Shown piece after piece: positions 27,465 to 35,286 of a stretch of DNA of 36,420 bases (its first letter is position 1; each line of letters begins with the position of its first letter). The DNA is from an uncultured Planctomycetia bacterium (GTDB lineage: Bacteria; Planctomycetota; Planctomycetia; Pirellulales; S012-138): NCBI GenBank assembly GCA_942492195.1, contig CALOEH010000113.1, positions 1 through 36,420 of the forward strand, in the 5' to 3' direction. The position numbers were made by a program, and so were the translations under genes. The notes beneath the pieces are model-generated. The model had not been told where the DNA came from and did not search any database. It was given only the letters and a program-made list of their open reading frames with translations.

Positions 27465-28889
27465 GTGAAGATTGCATGCTTCGTACCGGCCCGCTACGAT
27501 TGCCACCCGTTAAGCGTATCTCACTGTGAGGAGTTGCTGGTGTCCAAATCTACCGATATTCGTCTGGTTGACCTCCAAGTTGAGGTCCAAGAGTATGCCT
27601 ACCGCACGCCGGTCAAGTTCGGCGGTCGGGTGGTCAGTCAGGCGATTGTGTTTGACGTGACCGCCACGGTCGAAAGCCGCGATGGCCGCCAAGGTAAAGG
27701 GTTTGGCTCCATGCCGTTGGGCAATGCCTGGGGGTGGCCCTCGCAAACGCTCAGCTCAGAACAAACCGAGGACGGCATGCACCGCCTTTCTCTGGAAATG
27801 GTGGCTCAAGCCCGCGATTACCAGGAGTTTGGGCACCCAATTGAGATCACCACCGACCTGGCCGCCGGACACCCGGCCGCGGTGGCCAGCGTTGCCTCGG
27901 CCACACCTTGGGCTGCCGAAATCCCTCGCCTGGCACAACTCCTGTGTGCCAGCCCACTCGAAGCGGCCATCCACGATGCCTACGGAAAACTACTTGGCAA
28001 GAACTCCTACAACGTACTCGGAGCGGAGTTCGTCAATCGAGACCTGGCCAGTTTTCTCACGCCTGACTTTGCTGGCGAGTACCTCGATCAGTACACCTTG
28101 CGGACCCCCAAAGCGCAAATCCCGTTGTATCACCTGGTCGGTGCGCTGGATCCGCTCACTGCCGGCGATCTTGCGAGTCGCATCGGCGACGGACTTCCCG
28201 AGACGCTGGACGAATGGATCCTGGCCGATGGGCTCACCAACCTCAAGATCAAACTCAACGGAGATGACCTGCAGTGGGATGTGGATCGGGTGGCCAATGT
28301 GGATCGAGTGGCGGTTCCGGTCCAGCAGCAGCGAGGCTGTGCCGAGTGGGTTTACTCGTTGGACTTTAACGAACGCTGCAGCGACGTGGCCTACGTGCTG
28401 GAGTTTTTGGAGAAGCTCAAAGCCCAAGCCCCTGCCGCTTTGGATCGCGTGCAGTACATCGAACAACCAACCCATCGCGATCTAAAATCGCACCCCATAC
28501 CCATGCACGCCGCGGCCAAGATCAAGCCGGTGGTAATTGATGAGTCGCTGGTCGATCTCGAGAGTCTGCTTCTCTGTCGAGAGATGGGCTACTCCGGCGT
28601 GGCTCTCAAAGCCTGCAAAGGTCAAACCGAAGCCCTTTTGATGGCCGCCGCCGCGCTCAAGTTCGGCATGTTCCTCTGCGTGCAAGACCTGACCTGCGTT
28701 GGGGCTTCGTTCCTGCACTCAGCCAGCCTAAGCGCCCGCATCCCCACCATCGCCGCCATCGAAGGCAACGGGCGTCAATACTGCCCCGCCGCCAACGCCG
28801 CCTGGGAACCCAAGTTCCCCTCCATGTTCCAGATCACCGACGGAACGGTTGGCACGGCTTCGCTCGATGGACCAGGGCTTGGGTTTTGA
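27465..28889 (+). CDS. enolase-superfamily enzyme (mandelate racemase/muconate lactonizing enzyme-like; acid-sugar dehydratase or epimerase candidate)
   Basis: The N-terminal capping domain is IRLVDLQVEVQEYAYRTPVKFGGRVVSQAIVFDVTATVESRDGRQGKGFG. The barrel domain has a KxK motif (LKIKLNGDD) and candidate metal ligands in DFNERC, QYIEQP and VIDESLVD. The ORF starts at GTG 27465. An in-frame GTG at 27540 is an alternative start. Confidence 0.75.
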   Translation: MKIACFVPARYDCHPLSVSHCEELLVSKSTDIRLVDLQVEVQEYAYRTPVKFGGRVVSQAIVFDVTATVESRDGRQGKGFGSMPLGNAWGWPSQTLSSEQTEDGMHRLSLEMVAQARDYQEFGHPIEITTDLAAGHPAAVASVASATPWAAEIPRLAQLLCASPLEAAIHDAYGKLLGKNSYNVLGAEFVNRDLASFLTPDFAGEYLDQYTLRTPKAQIPLYHLVGALDPLTAGDLASRIGDGLPETLDEWILADGLTNLKIKLNGDDLQWDVDRVANVDRVAVPVQQQRGCAEWVYSLDFNERCSDVAYVLEFLEKLKAQAPAALDRVQYIEQPTHRDLKSHPIPMHAAAKIKPVVIDESLVDLESLLLCREMGYSGVALKACKGQTEALLMAAAALKFGMFLCVQDLTCVGASFLHSASLSARIPTIAAIEGNGRQYCPAANAAWEPKFPSMFQITDGTVGTASLDGPGLGF

Positions 28890-28979
28890 GTGAGTTGCCT
28901 CTCCAATGATTAGCAGGTTGTGCTGGGTTAGCCGACATGCGTAGCCCAGTCTACTGAACCGGCCATTCGGGCATACCAT

Positions 28980-29013
28980 ATCATGACGGATTCACAATCA
29001 TGACGGATTCACA
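28980..29013 (+). repeat. perfect 17-bp tandem duplication spanning the start codon of the downstream gene
   Basis: ATCATGACGGATTCACA occurs at 28980-28996 and is repeated exactly at 28997-29013. The first copy's ATG (28983) opens a 6-codon mini-ORF (MTDSQS-stop). The second ATG (29000) is the start of the 200-aa membrane protein. Confidence 0.8.
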
Positions 29014-29602
29014 GACTAGGCCATCCACTCGAAATGCAGAGTCGCTCGGTAAGCTGACGTACGAAACGAAACCCAAGGTGTCGAATATTGTCGCGGGTTT
29101 TATTCTTGGCTTGGGCCTCGTTGTGGGGGGCGTTCTGCTCTCCGGTTTCATGGTCCGAGAAATGCTCTTCGCAGGCGGAAATCGGCCGGGGAACGTAAGT
29201 GATTGGCTTGGCGCGGTTTTTCTTGCGTTGCTTGGCGTGGCATTGGTAGTTGGCGGCGTATTGCTGGTCAGGTTTGCACGGTCGCTTGTGGGATTTCGAA
29301 TTGGCGTGTGCGCCGATGGCTTTTGGTTCACCCGATACAACCAGCAGTTCGTATTCGCTTGGGATGAAGTCGTTCTGATCAAGGAATCCGTCGTCGAAGA
29401 GAGACTACCCTTGGCAAAGGGGGTTGCCCGACATGCCATGCCCAAACGAACGACGCGAACATACACTGTCGTGCGTTGCGACGGCGAAGAGTTCTACTTC
29501 GATGAGAATGTGATTCCGCGAACATCGTTGTTGGCTGGACCTTTGTCGGCGGCCGCGAAATCACGCAGTATCCCATGGGAAACGGAGCAGCAGAAACTGT
29601 GA
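29000..29602 (+). CDS. small membrane protein (two TM helices) of unknown function
   Basis: 200 aa. Two Gly-rich TM segments (IVAGFILGLGLVVGGVLLSGFMV and WLGAVFLALLGVALVVGGVLLV) are followed by a soluble C-terminal domain. No family was recognised. Confidence 0.5.
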   Translation: MTDSQTRPSTRNAESLGKLTYETKPKVSNIVAGFILGLGLVVGGVLLSGFMVREMLFAGGNRPGNVSDWLGAVFLALLGVALVVGGVLLVRFARSLVGFRIGVCADGFWFTRYNQQFVFAWDEVVLIKESVVEERLPLAKGVARHAMPKRTTRTYTVVRCDGEEFYFDENVIPRTSLLAGPLSAAAKSRSIPWETEQQKL

Positions 29603-29691
29603 CACCCCTGGGGCCATGACCCGGGGCGGTGGCGGCAAGAACTGCCGCAACACAGGACAGATGAAGCACCAGGGTTCGAGGGCCTGCGCCG

Positions 29692-30498
29692 TCAATTCTC
29701 GAAATACGTTCCGAAGGTGGCTGACGCGGCAGAGATTCCTTGGCGAATGCAGCCGACATCGCCAGCGAGGTTGATCATCCGGCAGCCCAACTCCATGGAC
29801 CGATCCACGTAGTCCCGCGTTGGACCAACGGTCCCCCAATGCTTGCCATGCTTCGAACAGGCATCAGAAACCGCCTTGCAGGCTTCCCAAAGCTTGGGAT
29901 TCTCGAACTGTCCGGTGATACCCAAGGCTTGCGTCAAGTCTGAAGGGCCGACAAAGAGCAAATCGACACCTGGCAGGGCGGCAATGGCATCCACTTCGTT
30001 CAGCGAACCGAGCGTCTCAATCTGAATGGAGACAAAGTGCTGGGCGTTGGTGTCTTTGACGAAGTCATCGCCAGACTTGAATGTGTAGTTGGCGTCACGC
30101 CCTCCGGTGTTCATCCCTCGGTCACCCTCTGGGGCGAACTTACACCACGAAACGAACTCCGCCGCCTGATCGGCCGAGTGGATTCTGGCGGCCATGACCC
30201 CGCCTGCCCCCGCTTCCAAATTTTGCGTCACCAACGCATAGCTGAGCGGTGCCATGCGGACAAAGGAGTCCAAGCCTTGGGCGCGGGCGGCCAGCGAAAG
30301 CACCAAGACCTGCTCGTAGGTCAAACCGGTATGTTCCTGATCCAGCCAGACTCCATGATACCCGCCGGCGAGTCCAAACATTTCAATGATCACAGGACTA
30401 GGGATCCGACCCGTAGCAAAAGTCCGGATGGTCTTGCCTTCGGCGAGCAGTTCCTTGAAGCGTTTCACAGGTAGGTCCGTACTGGAGTGAGGTTCCAT
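29692..30498 (-). CDS. HpcH/HpaI-family 2-keto-3-deoxy acid aldolase (GarL/HpaI-like)
   Basis: 268 aa from a verified ATG. Family blocks: the N-terminus KRFKELLAEGKTIRTFATGRIPSPVIIEMFGLAGGYHGVWLDQEHT, plus VMAARIHSADQAAEFVSWCKFAPEGDRG and SIQIETLGSLNEVDAIAALPGVDLLFVGPSDL. These are characteristic of the HpcH/HpaI aldolase/citrate-lyase beta-subunit fold family. Confidence 0.8.
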   Translation of the reverse strand: MEPHSSTDLPVKRFKELLAEGKTIRTFATGRIPSPVIIEMFGLAGGYHGVWLDQEHTGLTYEQVLVLSLAARAQGLDSFVRMAPLSYALVTQNLEAGAGGVMAARIHSADQAAEFVSWCKFAPEGDRGMNTGGRDANYTFKSGDDFVKDTNAQHFVSIQIETLGSLNEVDAIAALPGVDLLFVGPSDLTQALGITGQFENPKLWEACKAVSDACSKHGKHWGTVGPTRDYVDRSMELGCRMINLAGDVGCIRQGISAASATFGTYFEN

Positions 30499-30619
30499 TA
30501 GGAACGGAAGCCGAAATGGCGGTCCAGACGACTAGGTCGTTTTGCTACTAGCGCACGGACCAACACGGAGGGACGCTCGAATGACTACCAAGGCGGCGGT
30601 GCCTTGGGATCAACTCTGC

Positions 30620-30931
30620 CTACACCGAAATCTTGTCGATTCGAACCGATGTATAAAGCTGTCGATGGCCGGTGCGGCGGCGCGAGTTCTTACGGCGACG
30701 CAGTTTTTGTACCGTGAGTTTAGGACCTTTGATCGGGCCCAACACTTCGCCGGTCACGGTTGCGCCGTCGAGTAGCGGAGCGCCAAACTTCAGCCCTGTG
30801 TCATCGCTGACGGCGAGGACGCGATCAAACTGGATCGAATCCCCTTGATCAGCGCTGGTCAAGTCGATGGTAACGACTTGCCCCTCTTGGACTTTGATTT
30901 GACGACCACTGGTAGAAATGATGGCATACAT
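30620..30931 (-). CDS. rplU: 50S ribosomal protein L21
   Basis: From the ATG at 30931: MYAIISTSGRQIKVQEGQVVTIDLTSADQGDSIQFDRVLAVSDDTGLKFGAPLLDGATVTGEVLGPIKGPKLTVQKLRRRKNSRRRTGHRQLYTSVRI. This matches the L21 consensus (MYAII..GGKQ.KV..G....V......G....F..VLL.......G.P...A.V.A.V......K.....K.RRK......GHRQ..T...I). No rpmA (L27) follows it in this window. Confidence 0.85.
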   Translation of the reverse strand: MYAIISTSGRQIKVQEGQVVTIDLTSADQGDSIQFDRVLAVSDDTGLKFGAPLLDGATVTGEVLGPIKGPKLTVQKLRRRKNSRRRTGHRQLYTSVRIDKISV

Positions 30932-31143
30932 GGCCCAAGTTCCCTTAACCGACACACCTGAAAATTGCAATCGCTTGACCGCTGGTGGAGTGCAGGGCGG
31001 ATGCCACGCATGCTCCTTCTAGCCTCGGCGAATAAATCGAATTCAGGAGTTTAATACATCACCAGCGCTCCGTCGAGTGGGAGAGCAGCACGATTTACCA
31101 AGAGCCAAAGAAAGGGGTCGCTGCAACCACGGCCGGTTCAACT

Positions 31144-31461
31144 TCAGACAAGTCCGTGCTGCGAGGCCAGGGCGACAAGTTGTTTTCGGGTTTTGAGCTG
31201 AGTTTTTTCTCGGATGCGCTGCATGTAAGTGCCGACAGTCTTAGTAGAGATCCCCAGTTCTTGGGCGATCTGCAGGTAGCTGAATCCCGATGCTAGCATC
31301 GAGAGCACGTCGATTTCTCGTGCCGAAAGGGTTTCCAAAGGCCCGTTGGCAGACTCCTGCCATTGGGCCTCGACGACGGCTACCGATAAGCCGGCGGCAC
31401 GCAAGGTGCGCAGGCAGAGTTTCAGGTCAGAAACTAATATCAGGCCTGGAGTTACATTCAT
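31144..31461 (-). CDS. LuxR/FixJ-type HTH transcriptional regulator with a vestigial N-terminal region
   Basis: C-terminal LSAREIDVLSMLASGFSYLQIAQELGISTKTVGTYMQRIREKTQ is a canonical LuxR-family HTH. Only ~45 residues precede it (MNVTPGLILVSDLKLCLRTLRAAGLSVAVVEAQ). That is too short for a receiver domain. Start taken at the ATG at 31461. The ORF is open further upstream, to 31524. Confidence 0.6.
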   Translation of the reverse strand: MNVTPGLILVSDLKLCLRTLRAAGLSVAVVEAQWQESANGPLETLSAREIDVLSMLASGFSYLQIAQELGISTKTVGTYMQRIREKTQLKTRKQLVALASQHGLV

Positions 31462-31716
31462 GAATTGGCCGGTTTGAAAAGGCTCTGGCGGCAGAATAAA
31501 GCTGAATCCCCACGGACCACCCACCTGGGCGGCAAAGGGATTCCCGGCTAGAGCTTAGTCCACCATGGCAGGGTTTCCACCGTATTGGGTGGTGCACCCC
31601 GAAGTTTTCGGATTCTACATAAAAAGCTTGACAAATCTTGGTATTCCGTACAAACTAGCCCTCGCTTTGCCACATTGGTGAGGCCGAAGACACTCGCGTG
31701 ACTCAACCTATCTTGG

Positions 31717-32865
31717 TTGTGGAGAAACGTCTTCGGTGGCGAGGCCGACATCGATGCAATTTGGGCGATTCCGCCGCAGCCTGTTTTGGCTGGCATCGAG
31801 GGTTGTTCTAACCCAGTCCGAAACCTTACCCCCATATCACTTGTGAAAAACCTAATTCGCTCTTCGGCGAAGTTCGTTCTCGCTGGGCTAATGCTCGCGC
31901 TGCTGTTCACATGGTATCGCGACGAGTTCCGTGAAGTCGCTTCGTGTCCAAAAAACTGGGTCTATTTTGGTGCCGCCATTGCGCTCCATATTGTGGCCCT
32001 CACCTCGACCTTCGTGCGCTGGTATCTCCTCGTTCGGGTCCAGAATCTTCCCTTTCGGTTGCGTGATGCACTGAGACTGGGATTTGTCGGAGACCTGTTT
32101 GACTTTGTCATGCCTGGCATGGTCGGAGGAGATCTGGTCAAACTCGTCTTGATTGGGCGAGAACAAAAGCGCCGCACCGTGGCCATTGCCACGATGATGG
32201 TCGATCGGATGGTGGGACTGCTCGGAATTCTATGGCTGGGTGTCTTTGCCACTTTGATTTTCTGGAATCAAGCGCATGCCACGCCGCAACTCCGTGACCT
32301 GAGCTACTTGCTCACCGTCATCACGGTGAGTGGCACCTGCGGCTTCTTGCTTTGCTTCAGTCCCTGGGGCAAGGTCCTCCAGCCTCTGACGGCTTGGCCT
32401 GGTGTCGGAAGCATACTCACGGAGTTGCTGGATGCCGCCGAGCTTTACCGCAAGAAGTTTCACATCGTGCTGTTGACGCTCGGGATGAGCATTGCCAGCC
32501 ACGCTGGCTTTGTCTTTGCCTTCCACCTGATTGCCGAAGGCTTCGTTGGTTGGAATCCAACCATCGGCCAGCACTTTGTGATTGGCCCCATTGCCATGAC
32601 CAGTGGTGCCTTGGTGCCTGTGCCAGGCGGAACTGGATCTACCGAGATGGCGTTCACCGTCCTCTACGGTTGGGTGGGACCCGTTGGAATGGTAGCGGCC
32701 AAGTATGGCTTTATTGCCGCACTCGGACACCGCATCGCCATGCTGCTGGTAGCAACCACAGGCGGAATGATTTGCCTGTTCCGCTGGAGTGCTCTCACGG
32801 ACGCTTTGGCTCACGCCCGTCGAACGGGTGCCGAACACGCCCTGCAGTCGGCAGCTAGTCACTAA
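31717..32865 (+). CDS. UPF0104/YbhN-family flippase-like membrane protein (lysylphosphatidylglycerol-synthase TM-domain-like)
   Basis: A polytopic membrane protein with about 8 hydrophobic segments. The family-typical segment is LRLGFVGDLFDFVMPGMVGGDLVKLVLIGREQKRRTVAIATMMVDRMVGLLG. The annotated start is a TTG, so the real start is uncertain. It is divergent from the LuxR-type gene. Confidence 0.55.
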   Translation: MWRNVFGGEADIDAIWAIPPQPVLAGIEGCSNPVRNLTPISLVKNLIRSSAKFVLAGLMLALLFTWYRDEFREVASCPKNWVYFGAAIALHIVALTSTFVRWYLLVRVQNLPFRLRDALRLGFVGDLFDFVMPGMVGGDLVKLVLIGREQKRRTVAIATMMVDRMVGLLGILWLGVFATLIFWNQAHATPQLRDLSYLLTVITVSGTCGFLLCFSPWGKVLQPLTAWPGVGSILTELLDAAELYRKKFHIVLLTLGMSIASHAGFVFAFHLIAEGFVGWNPTIGQHFVIGPIAMTSGALVPVPGGTGSTEMAFTVLYGWVGPVGMVAAKYGFIAALGHRIAMLLVATTGGMICLFRWSALTDALAHARRTGAEHALQSAASH

Positions 32866-33604
32866 GGACCGTCAGCGGATCGATCAACCAAGGCCTCGCA
32901 TTAATCTTGATCGCGACGCTCGGTTTGGAATCATGCGCTGGATTCGCGTCTCAAGATCCCCACGTTGAATTCGCGATCTCTAGACCAATCACTCATCGCA
33001 ATCGGAGGTGAGTAGGTCGTTGGGTGGCGGATTCTCCGGCAGGTGCCGGCGCTCGGAGTGCTGATTCCATCTCCCGTTGCGAGCGAACGCGGGATGCCGA
33101 TTCATCCTCAACCGAGGGCCATCGGCGAGGTGATTTTCGTTGGCACACCATCGAGTGCATGCGAAGGGCGCGCAACAACTGATCAATAAGTTGCCGTATG
33201 CGGTTGCCCAATTACTCCAGCCACTTCGCAGTCAGCCTCAACATCTTGCCTCGGCTGACATTCTTAGCACAACGAGCAGAAACGACATCACCCGCCTGGC
33301 TTCGACCGAGAACAGATCGACAGTGCGAAAAGTGCACGGGCTATCTCAGGAATGATCGACTTGCTTTCTTCATACGGGGCCATCGTTTTGCCTTCCGAAT
33401 CTTTCCTCGATAGTCCTGGGGTTGGAGGGTTCTTAGATTCGAATCATTTTCCCCCTCGGGATTGCCATCAAGCCCTCCCTCTGGCATCATATGTGTTTGG
33501 TAAGGCAGTCCCGCCCTTCCCCAAATGGTCTACCAGCGTTACCGTTCCAACACGATCGCTATAAACCATTTGCACAAGATAAATTAAGTCCCATCGGGGC
33601 GTAG

Positions 33605-33680
33605 CTCAGCTTGGCTAGAGCGCTGCGTTCGGGACGCAGAGGTCGGAGGTTCAAATCCTCTCAGCCCCGACTACGAATAA
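33605..33680 (+). tRNA. tRNA-Pro (anticodon CGG)
   Basis: Folded by hand. Acceptor 5' strand CGGGGCG. D-stem GCTC/GAGC with loop AGCTTGGCTA. Anticodon stem CTGCG/CGCAG with loop TTCGGGA, giving anticodon CGG and G37. Variable loop AGGTC. T-arm GGAGG-TTCAAAT-CCTCT. Acceptor 3' strand C-(A)-GCCCCG, then discriminator A73. This gives a C1:G72 pair and A73 as in E. coli tRNA-Pro. No CCA is encoded. One extra A (33673) appears to bulge from the 3' acceptor strand in my hand fold. Confidence 0.85.
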
Positions 33681-33705
33681 GTCCAATGCACGAAAGGGAT
33701 TGCGG

Positions 33706-33746
33706 CATATACGCCGTGATCCCTTCCTGTCTTTATGGGCTGTGGA
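33706..33746 (+). terminator. putative intrinsic terminator of the tRNA-Pro transcript
   Basis: GGGAT-TG-CGGC-ATATAC-GCCG-TG-ATCCC (33706-33733) forms an interrupted stem-loop, followed by TTCCTGTCTTTAT. It begins 25 nt after the tRNA 3' end. Confidence 0.4.
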
Positions 33747-34675
33747 GATACCTTTCGAGATACCTTTTGGACGTCGATTGGGACGATTTTAGTGTGCGGT
33801 CCAGTCCGTTGATTAACGCACATCGTCAACAATCCACAACGCCCAATTAACATCCGGAGGAGTCCGCGTCATCACCACCAGCTGCCCTGCGGCCCCGGTT
33901 TCTCGGCCTTCCCATCCGACGTTACTAGCAACTGCTTGAGCCGCTGAAGCTGCTGAACCAAACATCCATGCCAGGACTTCCCCCTGGACGCATAAGAGCA
34001 TTATGCCGGATCAAGAATCTGCAACATCTCGCCGCGGGCTTGCCTATCTCAATGGATGCACGTCGGCTTCAACGCAAAACCACGGTTGCCAACGGTAGCG
34101 ATGACAACCATAGCGAACTTAATCCAATACAAAACATCCAAGCACCTGCCTCATCCCCTTCAGGGGCCTCTCCTTTCGTTGCTGAGGCGTCAGGAAGGCC
34201 TCCGTGACGGCGAATGAGTAGGCGGGCAACCAGAGGGCGCTCTAAGGCCACGTGTGGCTCCCAGGGGCAGCCCAACCTCGGCGTCAAACTCCTTGCCAGG
34301 AAGGTCGTCGGACCTGGACCAGCCATGCCGGCTTTTGAGGCCATCGTCGCAACCTGAGATCGGGCACGTAACGCTGTCCAATGGATGTGTCCCTCTCTCC
34401 CAGCATTACCGGCAACCGCGTCAGCACCTGAAGCTTCTGAAAACATGGATGTCCGGTACCGAATCTCGACTACGGTGGTGGTGTTGTACAACCAGCAACG
34501 CAGCAGCCAAGGAGCAAAACCATCTGCTGCGGATCCGTGAATTGCCCGACGAGGTTCGAGACGCCAACGATTACTAAGTTCGAAGTGAAGCAGTACGTGT
34601 ACGGTACGTAGAGCTGGTTGGTGCGATCGTTGGAGAGCCCAGCGTGTCACCTCCCTGAATGAATTCGGACCTCGG

Positions 34676-34724
34676 ACCAAAGAAATGGGCGGCCGGCACC
34701 ATCTGATGAGGGAGCCGACCGCCC
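34676..34724 (-). terminator. intrinsic terminator downstream of the minus-strand genes ending at 34793
   Basis: GGGCGGCCGGC (34687-34697) pairs with GCCGACCGCCC (34714-34724), 11 bp with one mismatch, around a 16-nt loop. On the minus strand the stem is followed by ATTTCTTTGG. It lies ~70 nt after the stop of ORF 34793..35254. Confidence 0.5.
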
Positions 34725-34792
34725 GAGGCTGTTTCGATCACATCGCGCATGTAGACTCGACAGGCCGAGGCCAATCCTGATGGACTACGCCG

Positions 34793-35254
34793 TCAAGCAG
34801 TCCATCGTAGACGAGCGTGTTGCCTTGGTAATACTGCTTGTGGAACATCGCTACACCGGCCTCTGCGCCCAAGGTTTGCTCGGCGTCTTGGTGGGCGGTG
34901 GAATCGCACAAGCTCCTGCCAGAACGGCGAACTCGTGATCACGGTCCTAATTGAGTCGGTCGACGACTTCCAAAGATCCGCCAAGGCAAGAGCCATGTTC
35001 GGAAAGACATCTGACAGTCCCGCATTCGACACCGTGGAGCGGGGGAAATGCTGCCCGTCAGGCGTCAGGCAGGCCAGTCGGTTCATTTGCATTTCCTGAT
35101 ACCACCCCGAAAAGCTCCACATGGCGAGAACTCGCGCAGAATACTCCGGAATGTCTTGAGAGACAGCAGGGCGCGTTATACACCACCTGTTCGAAGACCT
35201 TGTCGAGCGTGGGGAATCCAGGCATTGATTGCAGCAGCGGCTTGGCTGTTCCAC
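34793..35254 (-). CDS. hypothetical protein
   Basis: The 153-codon ORF directly follows the upstream gene on the same strand and is itself followed by a good terminator. The middle of the protein looks genuine (ARVLAMWSFSGWYQEMQMNRLACLTPDGQHFPRSTVSNAGLSDVFPNMALALADLWKSSTDSIRTVITSSPFWQELV). The Arg-rich ends do not, and the start is uncertain. Confidence 0.3.
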   Translation of the reverse strand: MEQPSRCCNQCLDSPRSTRSSNRWCITRPAVSQDIPEYSARVLAMWSFSGWYQEMQMNRLACLTPDGQHFPRSTVSNAGLSDVFPNMALALADLWKSSTDSIRTVITSSPFWQELVRFHRPPRRRANLGRRGRCSDVPQAVLPRQHARLRWTA

Positions 35255-35286
35255 GCACTAAATCTCGTCTGGGTGAACACTTCGCT

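Noticed and set aside
30499-30619. Expected rpmA (L27) immediately downstream of rplU, and expected clpP next to clpX (5312-5458 and 6755-7072)
   Set aside because: No L27-like or ClpP-like translation exists in any frame at these positions. The gaps are short intergenic regions. In this lineage the genes are presumably unlinked. No feature is called.
33560-33604. Sigma70-like promoter for the tRNA-Pro gene (TTGCAC at 33580 and TAAATT at 33590)
   Set aside because: The two hexamers are only ~4 nt apart, and no TTGACA-like element sits 16-18 nt upstream of the AT-rich hexamer. I cannot support a promoter call. Planctomycete promoter consensus is also poorly defined.
34698-34713. CUGAUGAG sequence (hammerhead-ribozyme core-like) in a hairpin loop
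   Set aside because: It is not followed by a helix-II hairpin plus GAAA, and there is no appropriately placed UH cleavage site between flanking helices. The surrounding 11-bp GC stem with a downstream U-tract is better explained as an intrinsic terminator for the minus-strand genes.
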